Assembly: GCF_009914755.1 (NCBI RefSeq)
Contig: NC_060943.1
DNA length: 64,000 nucleotides
Origin: the human T2T-CHM13v2.0 reference genome, Homo sapiens
Reading direction: 5' to 3' (one strand)
Shown here: positions 32,896 to 61,450 of the stretch, piece after piece
Layout: each line of letters begins with the position of its first letter
Numbering within the stretch: position 1 is the stretch's first letter
The notes under the pieces: generated by a model
What the model saw: only the letters and a program-made list of their open reading frames with translations
What the model was told of the DNA's origin: nothing
Database searches by the model: none
Program-made: the position numbers and the translations under genes

Positions 32896-33768
32896 CGTTT
32901 GTAATCACAAGCCTGGATGAAACAGAAGTTCCACTATGGAGGGTGGGAGTACCACCAAGGAGGACGAGGAGGAGGGGGGGGGGGGGGAGGGGGAGAGGGA
33001 AGGGGAGGGGAGGGGGAGGGGAGCGGGGAGGAGGAGGAGGTTCCCTAAGTCTCTTGCCTAAGAGAGAGTGTGGCCATTGACCCCCAAGATAGCCTGGGGT
33101 TAAAGAGTTCTAACTGTACAGACCACAGGTGCCTTTGGCTTCTATGCCTCAGATTTTTATCGTCTTTAAGTTGGAGAGAATAATAGTACCTTTTTCACGA
33201 GGTATTGCAATAATTAAATAAGCTAATGCCTATAAACTGCTTATAGAAGTACCTGGTACATAGGAAGCCCTCAAGAGGAGGGTCAGCTATTAGTATTCAT
33301 TTGATCATGTAAGTGCATGACCTTGGATGAGTCCCTCTGCCTCTCTGACCTCTGCAGGCCAGGAGTTCCTTGTCCATTTAATTGAATGACCCCTCTTGTC
33401 TCCAGTCCTCCTCCTCCTCCATCTCCTGCCTTCAGGGACTGGGCCTGTGATCAGAGGGAGGGACAGAGAGATAGGGACAGGAAAACAGCACTAGTGGAGG
33501 GCAGAGGAGCTCAACCTAACCCTCCAGAGAATTTAGGGCAGGGTGAATTTTCTCTATGGACCAGTGTAGAGTGATTCTATCCCGAATCCCTCATGCAAAG
33601 GACTTGCCCTGATTGGGGGTGAGCGGGCAAGAGATAGGGTAGAGTGGGGTGGTAAGGGGATGGTGTGTTAAGGCTGGGAGGGCTTGGAGCTGGGCTTTTT
33701 GGACCCTATCCCCGGAAACACCAAGGTTGGGGGAACGGGCAGCCCAGGCCCAAGGTCACTATGTCTTT

Positions 33769-33782
33769 GTTACCATGGCAAC
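33769..33782. promoter_or_regulatory. RFX X-box
   Basis: GTTACCATGGCAAC matches the near-palindromic GTTNCCATGGNAAC consensus. Confidence 0.7.
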
Positions 33783-34540
33783 AGCCACCTCTCTACCGGG
33801 AACCTGAAAAGGGGTGGGGGGAGGGAGTTCCCACGTCCCTGAAACCGGGGACAGAGAGGGGAACAATTAGAAACATGGAAGAGAAGCAGAGAGACAGAAA
33901 GGGTGTGACTCATCTCTGTGAAGACCTGCCCATCTCGGAATTCTCAGAGCCCGGTACATTGTGGGTACTTAATCAATGTCCCTCAGAGACAGACGCAGAA
34001 AGCCTGAGAAAGTTCGATGTCCAGAGATGCCAGAAAAAAGAAAAGAAGAATCTTCAGATGGGGGCAAGTGTCCCTTCCCTGTCTCCTCAATCTCACACCC
34101 CTGGGAGTCCACCGAGGGCCCAGGATCGACTTCAGCTTCCCCAGCCCTGGGTGTTCAGGCCTACCTGACCGTACAAACCATCCACCCCCCAGCAGCTCCT
34201 GAGATCCTGAAGCAATTACGTTCAAACCTCTTCGGCCTTTAAATTCTTCCTATCTAAGGGCTCAGCTGAGAAAAGTCGCATTCGGTGATGCCTCCTACCC
34301 CCCAGAGGTGGGGAGTGGGGGAGGAAACGGGCACTTTGCCTCCTTTATTCTCAGGGGTCCTTGTTCCCCTTGGGAGTGACCGCTCTGTAGATCCAGATAT
34401 TTCCCCAATACCTCCAGGAGACCCAGGCCTCGCCCATCCGTCCCCCACCCCCCAAGGAAATCCTTCAGGCCCTTCCCTTTCTTTCTAAGAAAGAGGTATC
34501 CTCCTTCCCTCCCGGGACCCAGCTCGCATTCCTCTAGGTC

Positions 34541-34560
34541 AGCCCGCCCCCTGCTGGCCC
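34541..34560 (-). promoter_or_regulatory. CTCF motif just beyond the GMFG 3' end
   Basis: Minus strand GGGCCAGCAGGGGGCGGGCT contains core CCAGCAGGGGGCG. Confidence 0.65.
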
Positions 34561-34651
34561 AAGCCTCGTACTGCAGGAACCGTCGGCTAGAGCCCAGAAG
34601 AGGCAGAAACTGAGTCCAAACTGAGGATCTCCGAGTTTTTGCATTTTAAAA

Positions 34652-34657
34652 TTTATT
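34652..34657 (-). terminator. GMFG: GMFG poly(A) signal
   Basis: AATAAA on the minus strand ~90 nt after the stop codon. Confidence 0.85.
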
Positions 34658-34747
34658 TAAAGTCTTGGTTGTTCAGGTCCTAGGGGTTCCAAGTCCCCAG
34701 TCACCTTGAGGACTCAGACATCAGGAATTCAGTCCCCAGCCCAGAGA

Positions 34748-42245
<7,498 letters not shown>

Positions 42246-42248
<3 letters not shown>

Positions 42249-42460
42249 GATTGTTCTGTCCACAGGCCTCTTCTTTTCTTAGTTCCGCTGTCTTCTAGGC
42301 GTGGGGACCGGGGCTGTAGGGGGGCGGGCTGTGCAGTAGGAGGAAGGTTTCATCCAACACCACATCCTGTTTATGCCCTTTCTGGGACAACTGTCACAGA
42401 GGGCTCCTCCCCCTCCTTCCTTCCCCTCATCTGCCAGGACCTGTCAGGAAATCGCTCAGA
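42246..42460 (-). promoter_or_regulatory. GMFG: GMFG exon 1 (contributes only the ATG) and TATA-less ETS/RUNX-type promoter
   Basis: acaatcATG|gtcagg at 42248-42246; GC box ~42319-42328, AGGAAG ~42341, ACCACA next to CATCCTG ~42358-42369, CAGGAAAT ~42445. Confidence 0.75.
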
Positions 42461-42551
42461 CCAGGGTTCCAAAGCTTCCTTGCTGTGTGACCCTAGCTAA
42501 GTAACTTCACCCCTCTGATTTGAGATTGTGGTGAGGATATAAATAGCTTCA

Positions 42552-42850
<299 letters not shown>

Positions 42851-43123
42851 AAATAGCTTCACATAGCTGCCAGCATGGCAGACACAATAGGTACTAAAAA
42901 CGAACTATTTTGCTCCTCCCCTCCTCCAGGTGGCCTTCCTAGATTTACCCCCATCTGGGATATTTGAATTGCAGGGCTGGAAAAGGGGAGTTTAGTCTTT
43001 TGCTGGTCAGACTGACGCCCATTATGTCAATGGCAAAATGGGGACCAGAGGGGCAACCCCACAGTGCCTGGGTAATGGTGACTTTTTTCCTGCACTTTTC
43101 CAACCTCACTAGCCTTGCAATGA

Positions 43124-47480
<4,357 letters not shown>

Positions 47481-48119
47481 GCTTAGTATCTTCCCAACCT
47501 GCTTCTGGCGCCCAGTCTCCCGGCTAGAGGGGCCTGGTCCTAAACTTTTCTCCCCCTTCCACTCCATAGCCAGCCAGTGTCAGGGCCCGTTCGCTCTGCC
47601 TCCAGGGCGTCCCTCCCACCTGCACCTCCTTCCCTCCCCACAGTCCCTCCCTCGTGCAAACCCCCTCTTTCTTCCCCACCCCCTCCCCCAGCTGCCTCCC
47701 TGGACTCCCGATCCCGTTTCATTCCCTCCAATCCGCCCTCCATGTATAAGCCAGAGAGACATCTCTCCAAAACCCCAGACTCACCATGATCCTCCCCGGC
47801 TTGAAGCCCTTCACGGCTCCCTAGTGCCCTCGGGACAAGTCCAAACTCCCTCAAGTGGCCAAACAACTGGCCTCTGCTCGTTCCTCACCCCTCCCTGTCT
47901 TCAACTCGACCCTCCATCCCGACTGCCTCTCTAAGTGCCTGTAACAAGCCAGATCTCTGTCACCGAGAGCCTTCTGAACACAGGTCCCTCTGATTAGTTC
48001 ACCCGGACCCAATACAGTTTGTGGAACGCACAGATCACAACCAAAGTCACAGCAACAACTCCCGTTTATTGACAGCCTCCTTGATCCTTAGCGCTTTCTG
48101 TGCATTCTCTTCCCACCCT

Positions 48120-49350
48120 AAAGGCTAGATCTCGCCTCGCCATTCCCATCGGAGAGAGCAAGCGGCAAGGCTGAGAACAGCGCGATGAGAAAGCCGAGCG
48201 CCCAGAAGCCCGAGTGCAGACGCCCACTGAGGACAGCCTTGGGTGAGGCGGGCCACCCAAGGGGCGGGGAAGAGGAGGCCTGGAACGCCTGAATCAGGAA
48301 CTGTGACTTCGCTCGGGGCAGCTGGGGTGGACGCGCGCGAGCCTGCCCCCTGCGGGCCTGGAGGCCCAACCTCAGACTCCGCCGGGCCCGTTGCCCTGGG
48401 CAACGCCCCGCGCGCCCCGCCCCTTCCCCGCCCCCCAGCCCCAAACCCCAGGCCTGGCCGACTGCCCGTCACCCCCACGTCCGACCAATCCCGCCGAGGA
48501 GGGGGCGGGCCTCTTGGGCCCCGTTCCACCACCGTCGCTCCCCCCTCGCCGCGACCCCGCCTTACTCGGCTCACACCTCCCGCCCTTCGGGCTGCCCTCG
48601 CCGCCCGTTGGCTGGCGCGCCGTTCGTCACCCGGGCGTGAGCTAATGCCGGCGCGCGGCGGCCCCCGTCGGGGCGGGGCCAGGGGCGGTGACGCACGGCG
48701 CGGTGACGCAGCGCGACGGCGGCGGCGGCGGCGGCGGCGGTGGTCGGTGCGGGAGGAGGGAGGGGAGCTTGCGGGCCCGAGAGGGGGCGACGGCGGCGGC
48801 GGTGGCCTGAGGAGGCCCGAGCGGCGGCGGTGGCGGCGAAGGCCGAGGCGGTGAGTCTCGGGCCGGGCCGGCGCGGGGCGGCGGCGAGTCGGGGCGCGCG
48901 GGGCTCCCCTCAGGGCGACCCAGGCCGCGCGGGCGGCCCCGCCCCCTCAGGGACCCCGAACCGCGGGCGGCGGCGGCGGGCGGGTGCGGAACGCGGGCCT
49001 CGGGGGGCCGGGCCCCACGGGAGAAGCCCCGCGCCCGTCCCCAGTCTCCCTCCTGGGCCCTGGCCGAAGCTTCCCTCCGAAATCTTTCTCATGCCCTCGG
49101 GATTGCCGAGGGGCCGGGCCGGGGGCCTCTCCTCAGGACCCCCCGCACATCCCCCTCGGAGAGCCCCGGAAAGCCTGCCGATCCCCCGTGTGCGCCCTGA
49201 AAGGTCCCCGCAAAACCCACCCCTCCCGTGGAGTCGCCTCCTCGAGCCCTTCATGGGTCCCAGCAGCTTTCCTCGCAGACCCCCGCCCTTTGGCCCCGAA
49301 GCCCCCGTCCTCCTCCTGTCTCCAGAAATAGTCCTCGGAGGCCACTCCTC
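48120..49350 (+). promoter_or_regulatory. SAMD4B: SAMD4B promoter CpG island with non-coding exon 1 (ends 48850)
   Basis: CpG-dense; CCAAT 48485, GC boxes, CRE half-sites (CGTCA/TGACG); donor GAGGCG|gtgagt at 48850/48851. Confidence 0.85.
48717..48740 (+). repeat. (CGG)8 in the SAMD4B 5' leader
   Basis: Seen directly. Confidence 0.9.
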
Positions 49351-51254
49351 GTCCATTCCACAGCGTGGCTCTCATAGCTGCTCCAGGAGCCTCCCTCACG
49401 AGCCCTGCACACCTCCCCAAGGCTCCCTCCGGACCCCTGTCCATTCCAGAACTCTCCCCCGGAGCCCTGCCTCTCACAGCCCAACAGGCTCACCCGACTT
49501 CCCCCTCCCGGATCCTAAGAATTTTCCCTCCCACTTACCCCATTCCAGAAACCTCCTTGGAGATTTTCCGCTCATACCCCCTGCATTTCTGATTCCCCCT
49601 CCCAGAAGTCCTTCAGAATGCCCCCGACGGACCGTGATCATCTTCCCTGAAGATCTCCTTCCCATATCCCCAAAATAAATCTTCCTCACAGACTTTGTGA
49701 AATGCCCCCAGATCCCAAAAACTCACCTAGAAGACTCCATCCCCCTCCCCACCGTATTGCAACCATCTCTCATACACACTCCCCCTTCACGTATCCCTCT
49801 GGACCTTTCCACAGATCCCAAAAGTCTCCCCCAGAGGCCTCCTGTCTCCCCCTGGTCTCACCACCCTAAAATGCCCTAGAGATCACCCTCATGTAGCCCA
49901 GTGATCTTCACCGGGATCCCCTTCCCCACCCCCACTCATTCTAAAAATCTCCAGCAATTGCCTGAAATCTCCAGAGGACTCTCAGCATCATATTCCAAAA
50001 GCTTCTTCCAAAATCCCTTTTACATACTCCACATCTTTTCCAGTCCCCCACATCACACGCTCCAAAAATTGTTTAAGGATCCTGAAAACTTTCCTCATGG
50101 TTTTTCTCTCAGATCCCGTAGAACTCCCCTTCACTAACACCTCAGAATCCCCCCTTGCAGACCGGTTTTAGAGGAATTTTCTGAAGATCCTCCTCACAAC
50201 CCCTGTAAGACCGTAAGATTCTCTTGGTGACCCCTCTGATATGCAGGTTTTCAGGACCCCCCCCCCCACACACACACACACAGCTTAGAGACCCCAGCGA
50301 CCCCCTGGAGCCCTCCTGACGTATGTTCTTGAAATCCCTCCAAGACCTTCCTGACACCACCAGAACCCCTTGAATCAATACTTCTGCCTTACTAAGGGAC
50401 TTTTCTAGAGATATCCCTCCCTGAACTTGCTCACACAGGTCCCCTAAATCCTCTAGAATCCCTTGAAGAAGACCCTCACACACACCTAATTTTCCCCCAA
50501 AATAACCCGAGCTCTTGCTCTGAGAAAGTCCTATAATTCTTTCTGAAAAACCCTCTCCTCTGACACTCTCTCAGAAGACCCCGCCTTCCCCATATACTCT
50601 TTTGGAGACTTTACTCAGCTTTCTCCTCAACTGAGATCTCTGAAGAGTTTTTCCTAAAAACATCCCTCTGTCATCCCACTCCAGGACCAGTCTCAGAAGA
50701 CCACACCTTCCTCAGACACTTTTTAGAGAATTTTCTCCCAAATTGCCCTCCATCAGCCACCCACTCCCAGCGCTTCCTGAGACTTCCTCAGAACTTTCCC
50801 TCAGATTCCACTTCTGACATCCCCAAGAAACATTATTTAGGACCCTATCAGATTTACCCACTAACTTTAGAATTGCTATTTACACCCTCTCATTTCCCCA
50901 TTCTCTTTCCTCTGAAGTCAACTCAGAGACCTTTCTCAGGGGGCCCCCTTTTCCCATTATCCCTTCAGAGGTCCCCAACATTCTCCAGACTCGTTGCCCA
51001 AGAGCCTCTATGTTTCCTTGTAAAGATTCTTGAGAGACACCTTTCCCCGCCCCCTTGAAATCCCAGTGCTCCGAGATCTTTCTTTCAGACCATTTTTCTT
51101 AGGTGCCATGCTCATAGACCCCTCTTCCCTTCAGAGATCAAGAGACCCTTAACACCCTCCTTAGAGACTTAGGATTCTCCCCATTTCCCTTTCAGAAGCC
51201 TTCTTCCTTCTCCCCTTTGAGGACCTCCTCACCAAATAATCCCTTCCCCTATAG

Positions 51255-51429
51255 CAGTGGTTCTCAGTGTGGTTCCTGGCCCAGCAGCAGCCACATTTGT
51301 TAGAAATACACATTCTTGAATCCCACTCAGATCTACTGAAACTGAAAACCTGGGAGCAGGGCCCAGCAATCAAGAGTTTTTAACAAACCCTCCTGGTCAT
51401 TTTGATGCACACGCAAGTTTGAGAACCTG
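51255..51429. mobile_element. MER5A-like hAT DNA transposon (MITE)
   Basis: CAGTGGTTCTCA ... TGAGAACCTG terminal inverted repeats, ~175 bp, typical GTTAGAAAT...ACTGAA interior. Confidence 0.8.
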
Positions 51430-54104
51430 TGCCCTTTAGGAGGATTTCCTTTTCCTCACTAAAAGCCCCCTGAAAGATGCCTCAGGGTATGCCTCTGTGC
51501 CCTACTGCCCACTGCTGCTTTCCTGTTTCCTAGGAATCCCCTTTATGAAGTACCCATCCTCCAGAAAGATTTCTTACCTACCTTGAAAGGATCTTGGCTT
51601 CTCCACAAGGTTACTCCATCCTCTGAGCAGTTATTTCCGATTCTACTTTTGAATGGTTTCTTTTCAGATCTTCCTCAGTGCTTTCTCTTTCTGGCTACCC
51701 CTCCAGCCCACTACCAGCCTTTGGTGCTTCTTTAAATTGCTGCTTCTTTGAACACACATATCCATCTCTTCTTGTCCATCTGTTTCTTCACATAGGCACC
51801 CTCCCCTTGAGGCACCCTCAGGAGGTCTTTTCATTCTGTGTCTTACTGCCAAGACCCCTCCACCTCCATTGTACCTCTTAGAACACCACTCACCTTCAAC
51901 CTTGTAGATTTTAATGTACTTGTCCACTCACCCTCACTGGACTAGGAACTCTGAAAGTACGGGATGTGTCTTGTTCTTCTCTGAATCCCACAAGGTGGGA
52001 TCTACTCTTTGTAAGTTATTGGAAATCACTGGAGAATAAGCAGCTCTTCCTTCTGCATTTGGCCAGAAATCTCCAAGTTCCTCAGATCTCACTCCTCATT
52101 CAGGTTTAGTACACCTTCCCTGCCCCCTCCTCTCCTCTCACCTCCCTTTTTTTTCTCCACACAGCACCCTTTGCCTTTACTCCTGCCCTACTTGCTCCTG
52201 TCTTAGGGACTTTCTTTGTGCTGTTTCCTGATTCTGAGCTACCCCAAGTCCTTTGCCTGGTGACCTGCCTCACCCGTCCTGGTTGGCTTCTCTTAGCAGC
52301 CCCTCTCAGCTGCTAAGTCTGGAGCCTCCACAGAGCTCTTGGCATTTTTTCAAGGGATTCTGTTTCTAGGGCCCAGAAGGGGAAACAGAGACCCCAGGGT
52401 AAATATTGGGGCCTGCCTTCAGGGAGCTCACAATACCAGTAGGGGGCTTGGGCATGTACAGAGCAGAAAATGAGGTACAAATTATATGCTGTAGAAATTC
52501 AGCAGTGAGAGGGAGCCTTTTATTTGGAAAGACTTCACAGAAAAGGTGGTATTTGGGCTGGATAGTGTTCCATGGGAGTTGGGACAATGATGGTGCCCCC
52601 AGGCAGAGGAAACAGCTTAAGCAATGGGTCAAAGACAAAGCCTCCTCATCTCTCACCCATGGTATCTCTTCTCTTCACCCAAAAGATAGAGATGAAAGAA
52701 GACAGATTTCCTCCATTTGCATTGTATTTGCCAGCTGCACTTTAGTGACCTACAGAGTAATAATAATAATGACCACTGGTTTTTGAATGCTTTCTAACTG
52801 CCAGGCACTGTTTAAGTGCTTTACATGTATTCATAGGAGGTAGGAGTTTACCTACCCTATGAGGTAAGTAAACTACCATTATCCTCATTTTGCATATGAT
52901 GAGATTAAGAACAGGTAGGACTAATAGAGGGTCTGTGGGCACTGTCCATTCCAAGATGGTAGTGCCTTGGGTCAAAAAGTTTGATTTTTAGTTAAGATAG
53001 GTTTGGCTGCAATGGGGCAGTAGTTGTTAGGTATGCAGACCCTGGGTCTGGACAGGATTTGTATCCCACATTACCACTCACCAGTTTTGTACCCTAGGAC
53101 GAGTTACTTCCCTGGTCTTTTAGTTTCCACAGCTAAAAATATGAAGGAAATAATGATACTTTACTTCATAGAATTGTTACGAGGATTAAATAAGTTAATA
53201 CATGTAAAGTACTTAGAACAATGTCTTGCCCATAATTGCAATGTTAGAAAAACAATAAAATAAAAAAAAAGCTCATATCAGCCAGAACTCTAAAAACATA
53301 AAGTGATAGAACCTTAGCTCAAAGTGGTTTAATGAAAAAAGTGGGGGATTAATTGGCTTTTGTTACTGGAAAGTCCAGAGCTAGGTTGGCTTCAGACCTA
53401 GCTGCATCCAGGTGTTCAAATAATTTTCTCAGTCATCTCCTCCCATTTCTCCACTGAGTTAGCTTCATCCTCAACAAGCTTCTGCTTTGGATGACAAATA
53501 TGGTCCTCAGCAGCCCCAGGTTTTAACCCTACCTCCTTGGAAAGCCTTAGTGGAAAGAGAACTCTTTCTTGAGAGTCCCAGTTTGAAAATAGTTTCTTCC
53601 TTGAATAGATGTGAGATTATGCCAGAAGATCCTTAGAAACATATTTTGGGTTCTGTACCCTGCAACTCAGTCTCTGGCTTGCTGAGCCAAATAGGCCTGT
53701 GATTCCATCCGATGAACTTTCTGAGCAGTGATGGCAATCTCCCTCCCCACTGTCCCCCAGCCGCAGTCATTCTCTGCTCTGTGATTGTTTGGGTCTAGAG
53801 AGAGCTTGTGGCTGGTCTGACTCAACCACACTTTGCTTTGGGATATCACGGGTGATATGAGGTGATCAGCCTGGCTTGATGGTGGCCTCAGGGGAGCAGA
53901 ATCCAGGAGTAATGGCAATACCCTCACCACAGTTTAAGGTTTCCAAGACACAGAACTTTGGAAGAGAGTTAAGTAGGATTGCTGTGAGTGGAGTTTTGTT
54001 TTGTTTGTTTTAGTGTAAACTTGTTGAATAGAAGCGGGTTCAGGGCAAGTTACAGAACAGCAGTGTATGGAGTATGCAAGTCTCAAATATCTCCAGCCTG
54101 CACT

Positions 54105-55170
54105 CATTCATTAATGCATGGAGGCACTATTCTAGGTACTGGAGACAGAGCAGTGAATAAAACATTCAAGGTCCTGAAATTCATGGAATTTATATTCTGA
54201 TGGGGGGAGGAAACAAAAAAATCAGAGTGTGATTCATGCTGTGAAGGAAATAAAACAGTGTGAAAGAGAGGGTGGGAGTGGCCACTGTAGTAGACAGGGG
54301 GATCAGAAGAGGCCTCTTTTGGGAGGTGACAGTTGAGCCTGATAACCAGAAAGATGAGAAGGCACCAGTTGTGGGAAGATCTGGGAGTGGAACATTCTAA
54401 TCTAAGCATTGTTACATGCAGAAAAAGGACCTCTGCAAGGTGGGGAAATTTATCACAGATATTTATTGAGGGCCTGCTATGTACCAGGTGCTATGCTAGG
54501 AATTGGAGATGTAGCAATGAATAATATAGCTACAGTCTTCCCTTCTCTCATGGATCTTACAGTCTAGGTGTTTTTGGAAGAGCTGCAGGCTTTGAAGAAA
54601 CATCTCTTGATGATGATATCATAGACTCCTTCCTACTGGGCAGATGAGGCAGAATGGGGCACAGGTGAGCCCAGATCTGATTGATGAGAAGGAACCAACC
54701 TTGTGACGGTCCGGGGAAGAGCATTTCAGGCAGAGAGGTCAGCAGGTGCAAAAGCCCTGCCATATGTTCAGGGAATCGCAAGGACCAGTGTGGCTAAAGC
54801 CTAAGTGAGGGAGAGGGGTGAGGGTTGGAAAGGCTGACAGAAGCCAGATTACTTGCAGCCTAAGGGCCACAGTAAGGAGTTTCTATTTTCATTTAAGGGG
54901 ATTGGGAAACTATTAGAAGGGAGTTTTTAAAAGCAAGACAGCGACATGATCTGATTAATTTTTTTAGAAAGCTCACTTTGGTTTCTGGGAGGAAAACAGA
55001 GGGTCAGGACAGAATCAGGAAGGAAAGTTAGGAGACAATCCATTTGTCCAGATGAGAAATGGTGACATGAATGTGGTGGTGGTGGTGGTAGTGAAGATGT
55101 AGAGAAGCAGATATATTTTGGGTGTACAGAAAACAGGACTTGATGATGGGATTAGAGAAAGAGAGGAATC
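54105..55170 (-). mobile_element. L2 fragments in SAMD4B intron 1
   Basis: CATTCATT...GGCACTATTCTAGGTACTGGAGACAGAGCAGTGAA L2 3'-end signature, recurring at ~54455; another copy near 60780. Confidence 0.7.
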
Positions 55171-56075
55171 TAGAATAATGATAATAGCCAAGTCATTTAT
55201 GCCTCACAACTCTATGAGAGTAGGCACTATTATTATTTTCTGTCTTCCTTCTCAGTAGGTACTATTATTACACCCACATTACAGATGACAAAACAGGCAT
55301 GGCAAGGTGAAATCACTTGCCCAAAATTACACAGGTAGTAAGTGGCAGGCTTATATTTCCAACCCGGCAGTCTGGTTCTAGAGCCACTTAGGTTTGGGGA
55401 AAGATAAGCAAGGCATGTGTAGCTGACATTAAGAAAAAAGAAATATCAAGACCTAATGACTGGGTCTTTGGGAAATGGAAGAAGTCAAAGATGACTCAAA
55501 AAAATGTCTCAGTTGTCCACAGAGAGGTGATGATTGAATCTACAGGAGTTAATTACATGCCTAAGTGAGAGAAAACAAGTGTAAAGAAGGGAAAGGAAGC
55601 AGAGAATAAACTTTTCGGGGGGAAGGGGTGTCAAGACATTTAGGAGTGGGAGGAAGAATGCTAGCTTCCTCTCTATTCCAGAGTTTACCGGAGCTCCCCA
55701 TACTGTACTTATCTTCCAGGAGGCCCTGCCTGGCTTCTCCTCTCCTCTCCCTCCCTTCCCCAGCACCATTCATACAAAAAGCTCATTCTTTGCTAATGCA
55801 GTGGTGTACATGTTTTGTGTACGTATTTCAGGAGTTTCTGGAAATAATGGTTGATTCTTATAAGAGAAGTTGTGCTCCCTTGGCTTCTGACAGTCTCTTC
55901 TCAGGTTATGAAAGTGAGTTAACCCTAGGTAACTAGCCTGTTACCTTGTTCATGAAGTGTAAGTTCTCAAAGGCCTAGGTCGTGCTGTAAAAAGAACTAG
56001 GAATGGGTAAGAAGGCAGATAGGATCCCCTTATTCATCCAGAGATGTTGGTATTAAAGGGCCCTTAGGCCCAACT

Positions 56076-61450
<5,375 letters not shown>

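Noticed and set aside
48740-49678. 312-aa ORF over the SAMD4B promoter
   Set aside because: GTG start, GC-rich low complexity, and it crosses a strong splice donor at 48851.
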